64,000 bases of DNA from Pseudomonas phage vB_PaePAO1-KEN19: sequence record PP456878.1. The stretch is one strand, 5' to 3'. The notes beneath the pieces are model-generated. The model worked only from the letters and a program-made list of their open reading frames with translations, was not told the origin of the DNA and searched no databases. Position numbers and translations under genes: made by a program. Of this stretch, positions 32,635 to 50,425 are shown piece after piece. How positions within the stretch are numbered: the first letter of the stretch is position 1; each line of letters starts with the position of its first letter.

Positions 32635-34007
32635 TATGCCGGTTCCCCTATATTAGTCCACGTTGATCCAACTTTACGTAGGAATAGAGTATTCCTATAG
32701 GAAGTAGCTGTTGTACCATTGCCATGTCCAATAACGAATTCTTGATCGTAATGGCAAATAGCTAACGAACCAGGCCACCATTGTTCAGGATCTGAGAAGT
32801 ATGTGTTATGGAAAGCAATTGCTTCTTGAATAGACTTAAAGTTGGTGTTATTCCAGTGGACCATCGTTCCTGTTTTTTGGAAGCGATTAAATATAAAACC
32901 GAAATGAGTCCATTGACCATTAGGCATCAATGTCCAATCACGGCCTGGCCAGGTAGCTGAATTACCAATCCTACCAGGTGCTAGTCGACCAGTCGTCAAT
33001 ACACTTAAAGGCATTTTAGCACGTACTGTTTCACCCATGCTATAAACATCTTGACCAAATAAAAGTTTAGACGTATTGGCTGTTTTACCTTTATCTAATT
33101 TTTGATTTAGTAAAATATTAGCTTGAGTAACAGTATACGTATTTAATTGTTCAGCCGTTACCCTGTGTGGGTTAGTGGTGACATCATTAACGTGTGCCAG
33201 ATATTGAACTGTATAATTGGTATCAACTGATAACTTCATTGACCATGGCGTAGCATAGACATTCATGATAGCGCCATTTGGCTGTTTGGCTTGTGTTTCA
33301 GTTGCAATGCCAGCATTATAAACATTACCTAATGCCACTTGCCCTTTACGTGTCTGGTGTGGGTTAGTGGTGGTATCATTGATGTGTGTAGTAAGTCGTG
33401 CTTCAATTGTATTAAGATCAGCTTCTATTAGACTTAACTGATATTTAAACTCATCTAAAATGGAGTCATATGAGTCTGATGAGCTTTTCTTTAATAAGTC
33501 AGTTATTTCTTTTAACTTAACAACTCTAGGCGTAAAACCATAAAGTTCCCAATAGGCATGCATATGTCCATTAGGTTTAAATTGGTCAGGAATATCTAAA
33601 ATATTAGACCAATGTGGTTTACGGGTATTATTTAAAAGAGCGTTAGCATGCTCAGATATGGAAGGGGAAAGGTTACAGTATATACCACCGCACATCTGAG
33701 CATCAATGTAAATATCCTCGTGGACATCTTGTTTTGTAATAACAATTACTGAACACGCTTCAAGTCCAGTCTTCTCGATTACTTCTGGATTAATACCAGT
33801 ACACTGATAATCCATTTCTGGATTTAACTCATTCTGCCTACCATCTCTGATAACCATTCCTTTAGTGTAAAAGTAACCCTTATCCATCACGATGATGCGA
33901 TAGGGGAATCCTTTCTGTTTTGCTAGTGAATGGTATTCACCCTTTGTTCGGTTACTATAACTCTCTCCAGTTTCATCAAATGGAAGAGGTAAAAGTAATG
34001 GATTCAT
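32634..34007 (-). CDS. Tail-fiber/baseplate paralog (457 aa)
   Basis: N-terminus 'PLPFDETGESY...GYFYTKG'. 'TNPHQTRKGQVALGNVYN' and 'TNPHRVTAEQLNTYT' repeats. Confidence 0.65.
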   Translation of the reverse strand: MNPLLLPLPFDETGESYSNRTKGEYHSLAKQKGFPYRIIVMDKGYFYTKGMVIRDGRQNELNPEMDYQCTGINPEVIEKTGLEACSVIVITKQDVHEDIYIDAQMCGGIYCNLSPSISEHANALLNNTRKPHWSNILDIPDQFKPNGHMHAYWELYGFTPRVVKLKEITDLLKKSSSDSYDSILDEFKYQLSLIEADLNTIEARLTTHINDTTTNPHQTRKGQVALGNVYNAGIATETQAKQPNGAIMNVYATPWSMKLSVDTNYTVQYLAHVNDVTTNPHRVTAEQLNTYTVTQANILLNQKLDKGKTANTSKLLFGQDVYSMGETVRAKMPLSVLTTGRLAPGRIGNSATWPGRDWTLMPNGQWTHFGFIFNRFQKTGTMVHWNNTNFKSIQEAIAFHNTYFSDPEQWWPGSLAICHYDQEFVIGHGNGTTATSYRNTLFLRKVGSTWTNIGEPA

Positions 34008-34018
34008 CTAAACTATCC

Positions 34019-35407
34019 TTATGGAATTACCCAGCCACCTTGTGAACGGAAACACACGTAGTTAGGAGTATAATCAACGAAAATCAATCCGTTACCAGCT
34101 GCCTGGATTTTCTGTTCTTTAATAGTGAAGAATACAGTAGATCCAATAGGCCATGCATCTGGATTAGTGAAGTTAGTTCTACAGAAATCTAATGCTGCTT
34201 GCACGGATGGTTGTAATCCTAGTGCATAAAACTTTAACTTAACCGGATATGAATACTCTGTGGCTAATTGATCAAAATGTGTAAATATACCATTCCCACG
34301 GAGTGGTGCTTTCCATTGTCCCATTGTACCGGAACCAATCCGATTTATATTGATGACATTACTCTGGCCATCACCAGCTGTAAAGTTCACATCAGTGTCA
34401 AAGTTCTTACGCATCCACCAAATAAGATCGCTATAACCCATTAAAGTAGCAGTAGGTTGCCCTTTAGGTTTATAATAAACCATATTAGTATTAGCTACCG
34501 TATCGGTCTTTAAATACTTACCAGTAATTCGTGCATCGAAATCACTTTTCAAATACGACTGTACATGTGTATTTTTGACTTTATGTGGATTATCTCGACG
34601 TGCTATGTGAGCATTGAGTGGTTTTATAGCTATTTCATCTAATACACCATATGCTAATTGTGGTGTTAGATAATGCGCATTGGATTGACCTAGTTGAGCA
34701 ATGGCTGGAGTAGCTAATGGGAAGTTATTAACTAAACCTAGTTCCACATTGGTTGGAGTGATCTTGTGCGGATTGGCTTTATCTTGAATATGCTTTTCTA
34801 GCCGATCATTAAATTTCTTTAAGAATTCATCATAGATTTCTTTAACTTTACTACGATAGTCATCTTCACCATTTGTATCACCAGCCATGAGTGCTTGTGT
34901 TATCCACTCCATCTCATTATTGTAAGGCTGATATGTATCAAGATGCCATCGCTCACCAACTAACTCACCATCTTTCCAGTATGGTTCATTACCAGTGTAG
35001 TCAAGATCCTTTGGCTTTGGCTTACCATTTGTTTTCCACCAGTTAATATAATCATCAATAACTGTGAAACTAAAAGCTAGGTCACCACCAACCATGTGGG
35101 CTGAAGTATACACTATTGGTGTACTAGGTGTTTTTAAGAAAACAATTGCTGAACATATTTCTTGACCGACATACGCACTAGCATCTTTGTGATAATAAGT
35201 AACAATATAATCAATATCTTTAACTAAACGATTATATTTACCATCATAAACTTCTAACCCTTTTGTATAGAATCCACCATGATATAACTTGATGATTCTA
35301 TAGTCGAATCCCTGATACTGAACTAGAGTATGAGGCTCGCTACCAATGAAACAATCTGGATTTGTACCTAATGGATCAAATGGTAATTGTAAAATAGGAT
35401 TATACAT
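34019..35407 (-). CDS. Tail-fiber/baseplate paralog (462 aa)
   Basis: N-terminus 'QLPFDPLGTNPDCFIGSEPHTL...GGFYTKG'. 'ANPHKITPTNVELGLVNNF' and 'DNPHKVKNTHVQSY' repeats. Confidence 0.65.
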   Translation of the reverse strand: MYNPILQLPFDPLGTNPDCFIGSEPHTLVQYQGFDYRIIKLYHGGFYTKGLEVYDGKYNRLVKDIDYIVTYYHKDASAYVGQEICSAIVFLKTPSTPIVYTSAHMVGGDLAFSFTVIDDYINWWKTNGKPKPKDLDYTGNEPYWKDGELVGERWHLDTYQPYNNEMEWITQALMAGDTNGEDDYRSKVKEIYDEFLKKFNDRLEKHIQDKANPHKITPTNVELGLVNNFPLATPAIAQLGQSNAHYLTPQLAYGVLDEIAIKPLNAHIARRDNPHKVKNTHVQSYLKSDFDARITGKYLKTDTVANTNMVYYKPKGQPTATLMGYSDLIWWMRKNFDTDVNFTAGDGQSNVININRIGSGTMGQWKAPLRGNGIFTHFDQLATEYSYPVKLKFYALGLQPSVQAALDFCRTNFTNPDAWPIGSTVFFTIKEQKIQAAGNGLIFVDYTPNYVCFRSQGGWVIP

Positions 35408-35481
35408 AAGAAATACCTTTTAACTGAAACAGCAAAAAGAGACACAGCTTTTGGCTGTGTCTCTTATGCCGGGTCAGATGT

Positions 35482-35814
35482 TTATAGACGGTCTGCTGCG
35501 TCATTAAATAATTTCGCAAGTGGACCGTATATGTGCACTCGATTATAATCATCTGTCCGTTTAGGAGTCATGTACGTAGTGTTATTGAAACCTTCTTGTG
35601 CACGCTTCTTAGTAGCTGGACGATAGTTAGCCACATTACCAAGACCAATATCCGATGGTTGCAGATTATGTGGGTTACCTCTAGCTGCAATATGCCCATT
35701 GATCCTATTAATAACGGCTATGAATTTATTAAGGACTGCCTTAGTAAATAAGCCTTGATTACTAATAGAAGCATTTATTTGAGCATCCATCTCTTGACGT
35801 GTAACTTCTGCCAT
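35482..35814 (-). CDS. Short fiber-repeat fragment protein (110 aa) carrying one NPH repeat
   Basis: 'GNPHNLQPSDIGLGNVANYRPAT'. Confidence 0.5.
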   Translation of the reverse strand: MAEVTRQEMDAQINASISNQGLFTKAVLNKFIAVINRINGHIAARGNPHNLQPSDIGLGNVANYRPATKKRAQEGFNNTTYMTPKRTDDYNRVHIYGPLAKLFNDAADRL

Positions 35815-35826
35815 TTTTAAATCCTC

Positions 35827-38142
35827 TTATGGACCAGTGGGTGGAGTTGGTTCAATATGTTTCACACGTGTACCCCTGCCATTCCATAATAAGGAGTTAT
35901 CAGGTGAATCTCCCCAGAACATGACTTGATTCAAAGTATTTACTGTCACAGTGAAATTATGCCCTGCTGCCAATTGAATATATGGTCCAGCATGGTCATC
36001 TACGTCACATTGTCCATTATCGTTATTTCCGAAGAAAGCGATTTGGCCATCACCATACATCACTGTGTAATGTGTGTACAATCCTGATACACCACCAATT
36101 GGGTTACTATTTACATTAGCAGTTACATCGTTACCACGTCCATCAAACCATAATGGCGAGATAACCATAAAGGATGTATCATTACCATTGCGGATGATTT
36201 CCATGACATGTACTTTACTAGATTCAGATGTATAATCTTCAGGAGCAACTAATGGATCTATTGAATGCATGATGATGTGGGTGCAACCAATTGACATTGA
36301 ATCAATAACATGATTCAATGGTTTAATTGTGTTGTTAACAAAATCATTAAAAGCACTAATGAAGCTTGGGATACCATAAGCTGTATATACATAGTCAGCA
36401 CTGCTAGCTGGACCTATGTTTACAACAACTGTCATTTCACCAGGATAGGTGTCTTCAGTATTGGTAAATATAGCCCATGGTTTATTAACAGCAGGTACTA
36501 ATAGTTCAGATGTACCACCTTTAACACAACGATAAAGATCTTGGTGCTCAAAGATTGCTGATTCACCTGTTGAACTAAAGATGAACTTACCTGTTAACAT
36601 ATACAGAGATGTTTTATTCGCCCAGATACTTGAAGGAATATTTCCATCTATAGGTGCAGTCCATTCTACTGGAATTGGTATCATCTCATCGACTTTAGTT
36701 TCATCGATACATGCTGACTTGGCTACACCATTCTCTACCCAATACTGACCATATCGGTGAGATACCCAGGATTCCTGAGCATATCCTAAACGCTCTGGTA
36801 TAACAGCATAAGGGTTAGCTGGCGATTTAGGATGAACTACACAGTCATCTCTGACAATTGTACAATCCCACCAACTATTAAATCCAGCATAAGCATGGAA
36901 ACCTGCCGTGACACCTTGAATTAATTCCATTCGGTCATATTCACTAGTATCATCCACAATAACTGGTAATGTATCTATCTTTAATTGTACATCATCCCAG
37001 TTAGCGTTATAGCCGGCTGCCATCCTTTCAATATCACCGAATGATGGGAATTCATCTTTCCATTGCTCAGGTGTTAATCCACCAAAGGTAGAAGCATCAC
37101 CACCACCTAGTCCTGCCAGTAGTTGATCAACTTGTGTTTTAGTATATGCATTAACCTGGTCGGCAGTTACAACGTGTGGGTTATTTTCATTACTAATATG
37201 TTGATTAAGTTTCTCTTCTAGTTCATTAATTCTAGAAGCATCACCAATCTGACTATAGAGAATAGATGCAGTATAAGGTGTTAATAATACCGAATCATTA
37301 GTTACGTCTACCGCAGTAGTTGGTGTTGCAGCTGGGTAGTTAGGAACATTACCTAAATTAATATCAGCTGCTGTTAGACCGTGTACGTTACCCCTAGCCG
37401 CTATGTGGGCATTAAGCGGATTTACGGCAAACTTATTAACTAATGCTAATGTACCACGTGGGTTCGTAAATAGATCATTACGATTAGCATCTAAATGCTG
37501 TTGATCACTTGCCATTGCATAGTTTGGAACTAGTGACAAGCCAACTTGTGCTTTAGTTACCCTGTGTGGGTTATTATAATCACGAATATGTTGGTCAGTT
37601 GTACCGGCAGCCGCAGCACGGATAGCTTCTATAATCCCTTCGATACCTTCAAGAATCTCTTTACTACCTACTAATGAATCAATAGGTTGATTGTGTTCTA
37701 AAGGTGGGAAAGAAGCAGGTAATGGACCAATTGCACCCCATGACCGAATCAAGGGGTTATACTGTTTGCGTGCAAGCTCAGCCAGGATCTGCTGATTACT
37801 AAATCCCCATTGCCCACCTATTGTACGATAATCCATACCAATCATAGCGTTTATCGAACGCTTCATGATACGTATAGATCCAGCGATAGGTCTACCTATC
37901 GATTCCATAGCTTCAATAAACCAATGCCCAATAAGGTAATCAACACCTTCTACATAAGTCTGATTGGTCAGTGGGTTAAATAGTCGTAATGAATCTACAA
38001 AGAAAGGTGCAGCAAATGGTATAATGAAATAATAATCATCACCATCTGGTACCTGGAGAGTTTGGCGCTCACCTTTAATAAAGTTCTGGGGATTTGTTCC
38101 ATTGGGGTCGAATGGATATAACCCAGTTTCACCGTGGGCCAT
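35827..38142 (-). CDS. Baseplate-periphery/fiber protein (771 aa): paralog N-terminal domain, multiple NPH repeats, C-terminal beta-propeller-like domain (phiKZ gp131-like)
   Basis: N-terminus 'LYPFDPNGTNPQNFIKGERQTL'. Repeats NNPHRVTKAQVGLSLVPNY, GNVHGLTAADINLGNVPNY, NNPHVVTADQVNAYTKT. Strong RBS AAAGGAGGG. Size matches my memory of gp131. Confidence 0.7.
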   Translation of the reverse strand: MAHGETGLYPFDPNGTNPQNFIKGERQTLQVPDGDDYYFIIPFAAPFFVDSLRLFNPLTNQTYVEGVDYLIGHWFIEAMESIGRPIAGSIRIMKRSINAMIGMDYRTIGGQWGFSNQQILAELARKQYNPLIRSWGAIGPLPASFPPLEHNQPIDSLVGSKEILEGIEGIIEAIRAAAAGTTDQHIRDYNNPHRVTKAQVGLSLVPNYAMASDQQHLDANRNDLFTNPRGTLALVNKFAVNPLNAHIAARGNVHGLTAADINLGNVPNYPAATPTTAVDVTNDSVLLTPYTASILYSQIGDASRINELEEKLNQHISNENNPHVVTADQVNAYTKTQVDQLLAGLGGGDASTFGGLTPEQWKDEFPSFGDIERMAAGYNANWDDVQLKIDTLPVIVDDTSEYDRMELIQGVTAGFHAYAGFNSWWDCTIVRDDCVVHPKSPANPYAVIPERLGYAQESWVSHRYGQYWVENGVAKSACIDETKVDEMIPIPVEWTAPIDGNIPSSIWANKTSLYMLTGKFIFSSTGESAIFEHQDLYRCVKGGTSELLVPAVNKPWAIFTNTEDTYPGEMTVVVNIGPASSADYVYTAYGIPSFISAFNDFVNNTIKPLNHVIDSMSIGCTHIIMHSIDPLVAPEDYTSESSKVHVMEIIRNGNDTSFMVISPLWFDGRGNDVTANVNSNPIGGVSGLYTHYTVMYGDGQIAFFGNNDNGQCDVDDHAGPYIQLAAGHNFTVTVNTLNQVMFWGDSPDNSLLWNGRGTRVKHIEPTPPTGP

Positions 38143-38236
38143 GGTTGCCCTCCTTTAATAAAACGCTATTGCGCAATTTGTTAGCGTAATGATGTGAAAT
38201 TCACATAGGATTGTCCAATCATTCCATGGAGACTAA

Positions 38237-39523
<1,287 letters not shown>

Positions 39524-39569
39524 CGTCATAAGCCCTCCCGTAATGGGAGGGCATTATGTTGTTTAGAAA
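39524..39569. terminator. Bidirectional palindromic terminator between 38240..39523 and the portal gene
   Basis: CATAAGCCCTCCC-gtaat-GGGAGGGCATTATGTTGTT. Confidence 0.65.
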
Positions 39570-42269
<2,700 letters not shown>

Positions 42270-42289
42270 CTAAATTTTAAAGTGAGTAA

Positions 42290-44470
<2,181 letters not shown>

Positions 44471-44477
44471 GGAGCGA

Positions 44478-45353
<876 letters not shown>

Positions 45354-45361
45354 GGTGTGTA

Positions 45362-45805
45362 ATGGCTGATACAAGAGCTGAATTAGTAGCTGCTTGGAAT
45401 GTGGCTAATAAACCTAAAGATAATAATGGTAAGCCTAGGGATTTAACTGTTGATGATGTTGAATTTATAGGGACTGATACATTCTTAGCAACTGGTACAA
45501 ATGCCAAAACAACAATGAGAGCGAAGACCAGTTCACTTTATTTTAAAGGTGAGACAGTTATTTACTTTAATAGACGCTCTTTACCAGAGTACTGTCTTGG
45601 TATAAAAGTACCGGGTAAACCAACTGACTATACTGATAATTTAGAAGTAGCTGAAAAATTAAGAGATGTTTACGGTATTCCATTTATTATAGATGAGATA
45701 CAACCGCAACCTATTACTGGGAATACGGTTACGATACATCCATACTTTAATAACTTGTCGTGGATACCAACAATACCAGTAACTCTTGAATTTGAAAGTA
45801 GTTAA
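45362..45805 (+). CDS. Hypothetical protein (147 aa)
   Basis: ORF; RBS GAGGTG; terminator follows. Confidence 0.55.
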   Translation: MADTRAELVAAWNVANKPKDNNGKPRDLTVDDVEFIGTDTFLATGTNAKTTMRAKTSSLYFKGETVIYFNRRSLPEYCLGIKVPGKPTDYTDNLEVAEKLRDVYGIPFIIDEIQPQPITGNTVTIHPYFNNLSWIPTIPVTLEFESS

Positions 45806-45865
45806 ATAAAAAAAAAATAAAGACATAGCCCCTCTCCATGCGGAGAGGGGTTTATGCCATTACTT
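45806..45865. terminator. Bidirectional terminator with an A9/T9 run (CCCCTCTCC-atgc-GGAGAGGGG)
   Basis: aaataaaaaaaaaataaag upstream of a 9-bp GC stem. Confidence 0.65.
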
Positions 45866-45870
45866 AATTA

Positions 45871-46503
45871 TTACCATTCAACCTTAAATTCACCGCATTT
45901 AAATGACAGTTTATTAGATCGATGATCTCGCCCAAACCAACATCCTTCCTTGGTAACTGCATCTGCGATTTGTGGTTTAACCATATTGTTTTTGTATGAT
46001 TCACGAAGTGCAGTATATAGGGCTTTATGACATGTTTCGAAGAATACCTTATTAATAGGATTCTTATCATTAACTCGTGCTAGTGAATGTTTATCAAGAA
46101 GAGTGTGCATTCCAATTGAATACTTCTGGATAGTTTCTAGATCTTTCTTAAGCGCCCAGATACCATAAGTTACTTTTAGAGAAGTATTAGCTTTGGTTGA
46201 TGGAATAAATGCTGATGGGTCATCAATCATTGGTGCTAATTGCTCAGTGGAATATGGATTATAAGAAAGATATTGTTGGCCATCCCAAATATACATATCC
46301 ATTGTATCTTGAACGACATATAGAACTAGAACTTTACCATTTGCCGGTAGATCACATTTTGTATTTACTTCTACAGTGTCATTAAAATCTGGTTTATAGT
46401 TACTATAACTATTCATCAATACCACATCATCGAATAGTCCTGCCATATTCACCGTATTTTTGTTTAGTAATTCTTTAAAGAATTTATTCATTTTAGCTAG
46501 CAT
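45871..46503 (-). CDS. Hypothetical protein (210 aa)
   Basis: Double stop TAATAA, then a terminator. Confidence 0.55.
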   Translation of the reverse strand: MLAKMNKFFKELLNKNTVNMAGLFDDVVLMNSYSNYKPDFNDTVEVNTKCDLPANGKVLVLYVVQDTMDMYIWDGQQYLSYNPYSTEQLAPMIDDPSAFIPSTKANTSLKVTYGIWALKKDLETIQKYSIGMHTLLDKHSLARVNDKNPINKVFFETCHKALYTALRESYKNNMVKPQIADAVTKEGCWFGRDHRSNKLSFKCGEFKVEW

Positions 46504-46539
46504 TGTATTACTCCTTTTTTACAATATTTGATTAAACTA

Positions 46540-46583
46540 TACATTACTCATAAATAAGCCCCTCCGAAGAGGGGCTTTCATGC
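46540..46583 (-). terminator. Minus-strand terminator (GCCCCTC-TTCG-GAGGGGC, then TTATTTATGAG)
   Basis: Hairpin plus U-tract after gene 46584..48749. Confidence 0.65.
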
Positions 46584-48749
46584 TTATTTGATAAGCTTAA
46601 GTAGAACAGCATTATCAACAAGAGCGCCACGAATAACTTGTAGATAAGATCCATCAGCAGTGATAATGTACATTTTGTGGGTACGTGCATCATCTGAATC
46701 TTTAGAGCTATTTAGACGCTTTGCCATTCCCATGATTACTTGAGTAATCTTAGGTTCAGTAAGTTTACTGATAAGCACTGCTTTCTCGGTATAAATATTT
46801 AGGCAGGATAGTTCCTCAAGGCGCCAGCCAGTTTGGAAACGCACTGATAGATCTAGAATAGAATTACCTTCTTCTGGATCAATATTAACACACATACTCC
46901 GTCCAACAATAAACGGAATACTAGCGGTAAATTTATCAGCTACTGACTTACCCTTCTTACCGATCAGATATGCGATAAGGTCACCGATATCTTCACAGAA
47001 GTCATCAATGGTTACCTTCTGACTCATTGAATCAGCCAGGAACTCATTAACTGCACTGGTGAGCCTTTCAACTAGGAACCGATAGTAGCGTTGAGCCAGC
47101 TTACCATCTAGCATTAGTTGCTTAAGGCGCTTTGCAATTAGATGCGGATCGGGTTCTTTTCGAATATCCTCGATCTCATACATGACTTCAATTGAAGCAT
47201 CAAATGGATGGGATGATGCTGCGCGATACTCATGTGCTGGAACTACATCATCTTCGCTTAGCTCAAGTGCTTCACGAACTGCATTGAGTGCACCAGCTTC
47301 TGCTTCAAGATTATTTGCACAAGCAATATAACCTTCTAGGATAACTGGATCATGTTCACGATTATCAGTTAACCCAGCATCATTTGGTGAAAACTCTTCG
47401 GCTACTTCTTTAACCGGTTTGGCATCACCCATAATGGTAGATAGCTTATAACTGGTTGCAGTACGCGCACCACCACCACGATGTGCTTGACGACGGAGAT
47501 CATCTTGAAGCTCATGCTTTAGATAATCCATTTCCATGTGATTCTCCCACTTACGATATACTTCATGTACAGTGTTATCAGGCCATTTAGCAAGGAAGCG
47601 ACAATATACTGCCGGATCCATTAGGATGCTGTATGGATTAGCTGAACTAGCAGTACGTACCCAATCAGGTTTATCTGCAACTAGATGAGCAGGTCGGATT
47701 TCAATGCCACCTGGATTATAGATAACATCCATCGGACGATCTTTATTAATTACAAATCCATTGGGTACATAATAGTTCGGATCGAATACGAGTTCTTTCA
47801 CATCTTGAGGGATGGGTAGATCCGTATTATCATTAGTTACAGTATTTGCATTTTGTTGTAGTTCAGGTAGAATCATTACATCACCTCCACCAGGGATTGT
47901 ATCATAACTACTATTTGGAGATACTTCAACAGTGGCACCCCAAGAGTCTTTAGGTTGCATGACTGGTTTGTTTTCCAGGAAAGGAGAAGAACCAGGTACG
48001 TCATATGCAGCATTTGCAATTGATGGACCAGTGTCATGATTAGTTGTTGGTGTATATGCCCCTGGAATGTTCAGCTGCGGATTAGCCATGGTAGCCGGTT
48101 GACCATAGGTCTGTTGGATACCTGCGTTAATTGGAGGTAGTTGTGAACTCATGCCAGGACGACCCATTGCTGCACCCATCCCAGGGAAACTTCCAGGCTG
48201 TACACCAGGTTGTTGATATCCACCCTGCATCATGGTGTTACCACCCATACGCATCTTTTGGATATCTGATTCAATCTGCCCGATTACACCAAGTGCCTGT
48301 TGGATATTCGGCATTAGATGTTGAACTAGACTTTGTAGCTGCGGGAAGGTTTGAGCACATTTACCAACAAAACCAGACCATACTAGAGATGCAGCTTGCT
48401 GCATTGCCTGCTGTGGGTTATTCACCATTTGACGATGAATAAATAGAAACTCTAGAAAGTCAATAACTTTCTGAGCCCACTGCTGATAATAGTTATTCTG
48501 AAAACCATTACTAGATAGCAGATTATACGCAAATGCATGAAGCTGGGTGGTAGTAGCAGCATTTTGAGCATTCAGCCGGAACAGCCCAATTACACCATTG
48601 AAATATGGTTGTAGTTGAGGATGTTGTTGATGTGGTGATAACTGTAGCGGTAGGCTAAACAGATAATTCCCATTAGGTAGGTTAGGATCGAAAGTACTGG
48701 TATCTACACTCTCAAAATCGACAGGTAGATTGTACTGTGCATAGTTCAT
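46584..48749 (-). CDS. Protein (721 aa) with a 230-aa Q/G/M/P-rich low-complexity N-terminal region and a globular C-terminal domain. Possible head/inner protein
   Basis: 'MRMGGNTMMQGGYQQPGVQPGSFPGMGAAMGRPGMSSQLPP...' The terminator after its stop carries a U-tract. Confidence 0.6.
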   Translation of the reverse strand: MNYAQYNLPVDFESVDTSTFDPNLPNGNYLFSLPLQLSPHQQHPQLQPYFNGVIGLFRLNAQNAATTTQLHAFAYNLLSSNGFQNNYYQQWAQKVIDFLEFLFIHRQMVNNPQQAMQQAASLVWSGFVGKCAQTFPQLQSLVQHLMPNIQQALGVIGQIESDIQKMRMGGNTMMQGGYQQPGVQPGSFPGMGAAMGRPGMSSQLPPINAGIQQTYGQPATMANPQLNIPGAYTPTTNHDTGPSIANAAYDVPGSSPFLENKPVMQPKDSWGATVEVSPNSSYDTIPGGGDVMILPELQQNANTVTNDNTDLPIPQDVKELVFDPNYYVPNGFVINKDRPMDVIYNPGGIEIRPAHLVADKPDWVRTASSANPYSILMDPAVYCRFLAKWPDNTVHEVYRKWENHMEMDYLKHELQDDLRRQAHRGGGARTATSYKLSTIMGDAKPVKEVAEEFSPNDAGLTDNREHDPVILEGYIACANNLEAEAGALNAVREALELSEDDVVPAHEYRAASSHPFDASIEVMYEIEDIRKEPDPHLIAKRLKQLMLDGKLAQRYYRFLVERLTSAVNEFLADSMSQKVTIDDFCEDIGDLIAYLIGKKGKSVADKFTASIPFIVGRSMCVNIDPEEGNSILDLSVRFQTGWRLEELSCLNIYTEKAVLISKLTEPKITQVIMGMAKRLNSSKDSDDARTHKMYIITADGSYLQVIRGALVDNAVLLKLIK

Positions 48750-48784
48750 GTGAATAATACCTATTAAGTAGTTAAAGATTTAAT

Positions 48785-50416
48785 TTATTTTGCACGGAAC
48801 ATTAATTGAGCGTTGTCAATTATTTCACGCACTTCTTCACGACGTTCAACTAGTCCAGTTGGACCCACTTTGGTATACATATTAAGCCTACCTCGACCAT
48901 CCGGGTTGTTCTTAGGTTGGTTTTTATATTGACCTACCTCAGCAATAGATGCGTGAATAATCCTAGATGAGTCATTGATTAGAGACTTATTATGAGCCTT
49001 AGCTGTTTTAGCGCGATCCTGTGTAACTAGGATAGATGTCCCTTTAATCAACATACTGGAGTTTGGATTACTCATTGTATCGAGTTCACCATGGTCCACT
49101 GTTAATCGTTTAATAGCTGTCTGTAGTTTAAAAGAACGTTTTAAACCTTCGTTTAGCTCTTGTACAGTCCATTCACGATCACGCCTAGACTGGAACATAT
49201 AACCAAACATACTTACAGCATAGTTAAACTCTGACATCAAGTAATGCAGTACTGTTAACCTTTTACCATACATACTAGTTTCATCAATATCAGTAGCATA
49301 AAGATGATGAGCCAAACTAGTCATGATCTCGTAAAGAAGTTCCCAAATAGTACTTACATTGACACCAACTGTTTTAAGTTCTTCAATAGTCATTTCGTCT
49401 AGTGAATTACAGAAACTGTGTAGGTGTGAATCAATGTTTTCCTCTACTTTACCTTGGTGCTCAAAATCACCAAACACCATGTGACCTAGGATAACACGCC
49501 ATAAGTTGGTACTATCTACATATTCAGGTCGAGTAAACCGCATTGGAAATGCATCGACCACATACCAGAAACCAGCGATAAGTCGTGTGGCAAAAATAGA
49601 TTCTTGATGACGAGGTATAACAAGAACCATTTCACCGGTGGGATGTTTGCCTTTTAATGTTGCACTGGAATAAATATTCCACTTTTCACGTGGATATTCT
49701 TCTTCAGGAAAATCAGACAGCAGTCCACACTTAACATCTACATTAGCCCATTGTTTGAAAGTTTGAGTTACTCCAAACTGACAGAAGAAATAATGAGCTA
49801 AACATGACTCAATATGTGGTCGATTATCCAGATCTCGTTTAGTACGCTTAGCCATTTCATTGTGAATCTGTGACCAGATCACATACATGATTTTACGCTG
49901 ACCATTGCACATGTAATGGTGGTCAGTTTGTTTAAAGGTTAGCTTAGTACGACGAAACGGGATGAAGATGCTATCATTAAGTACAGAGAACCCAACATCA
50001 GTTAATACTGGTGAACCGATATATTTCGCACCATTGATAGTTACCATATTGCCTCTCTTAAAAGCTGGTAACAACATTGGACGAGGATAAAGCATTTCCC
50101 CTTTATAACTAAACATTAGGTCAATCATGTACATGTCAGTTGGAGCAATATTGGCAATACGCTTAGCATTATATTCCCGAGTAATCTCTTCAAAATGCTT
50201 AAGCGGTGTACATGCACGATTGCCTTCATATTTGAAGCCATCGGGAAATAGAACTGAACTGATATCAAATAAAGAATCAATATAACGCCTGGTCATATTA
50301 ACACCAGTATTTGGATCACGAGTCATGGTGTGTTCGACTGTGATACCATTTGCTAGTGTTGGATTCATGCAAGGCGTATTTTCACGAATCTTTTCAATTA
50401 GAAATGGATCCGGCAT
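48785..50416 (-). CDS. Hypothetical protein (543 aa)
   Basis: ORF in the head-gene run. Confidence 0.6.
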   Translation of the reverse strand: MPDPFLIEKIRENTPCMNPTLANGITVEHTMTRDPNTGVNMTRRYIDSLFDISSVLFPDGFKYEGNRACTPLKHFEEITREYNAKRIANIAPTDMYMIDLMFSYKGEMLYPRPMLLPAFKRGNMVTINGAKYIGSPVLTDVGFSVLNDSIFIPFRRTKLTFKQTDHHYMCNGQRKIMYVIWSQIHNEMAKRTKRDLDNRPHIESCLAHYFFCQFGVTQTFKQWANVDVKCGLLSDFPEEEYPREKWNIYSSATLKGKHPTGEMVLVIPRHQESIFATRLIAGFWYVVDAFPMRFTRPEYVDSTNLWRVILGHMVFGDFEHQGKVEENIDSHLHSFCNSLDEMTIEELKTVGVNVSTIWELLYEIMTSLAHHLYATDIDETSMYGKRLTVLHYLMSEFNYAVSMFGYMFQSRRDREWTVQELNEGLKRSFKLQTAIKRLTVDHGELDTMSNPNSSMLIKGTSILVTQDRAKTAKAHNKSLINDSSRIIHASIAEVGQYKNQPKNNPDGRGRLNMYTKVGPTGLVERREEVREIIDNAQLMFRAK

Positions 50417-50425
50417 TATAAACTC

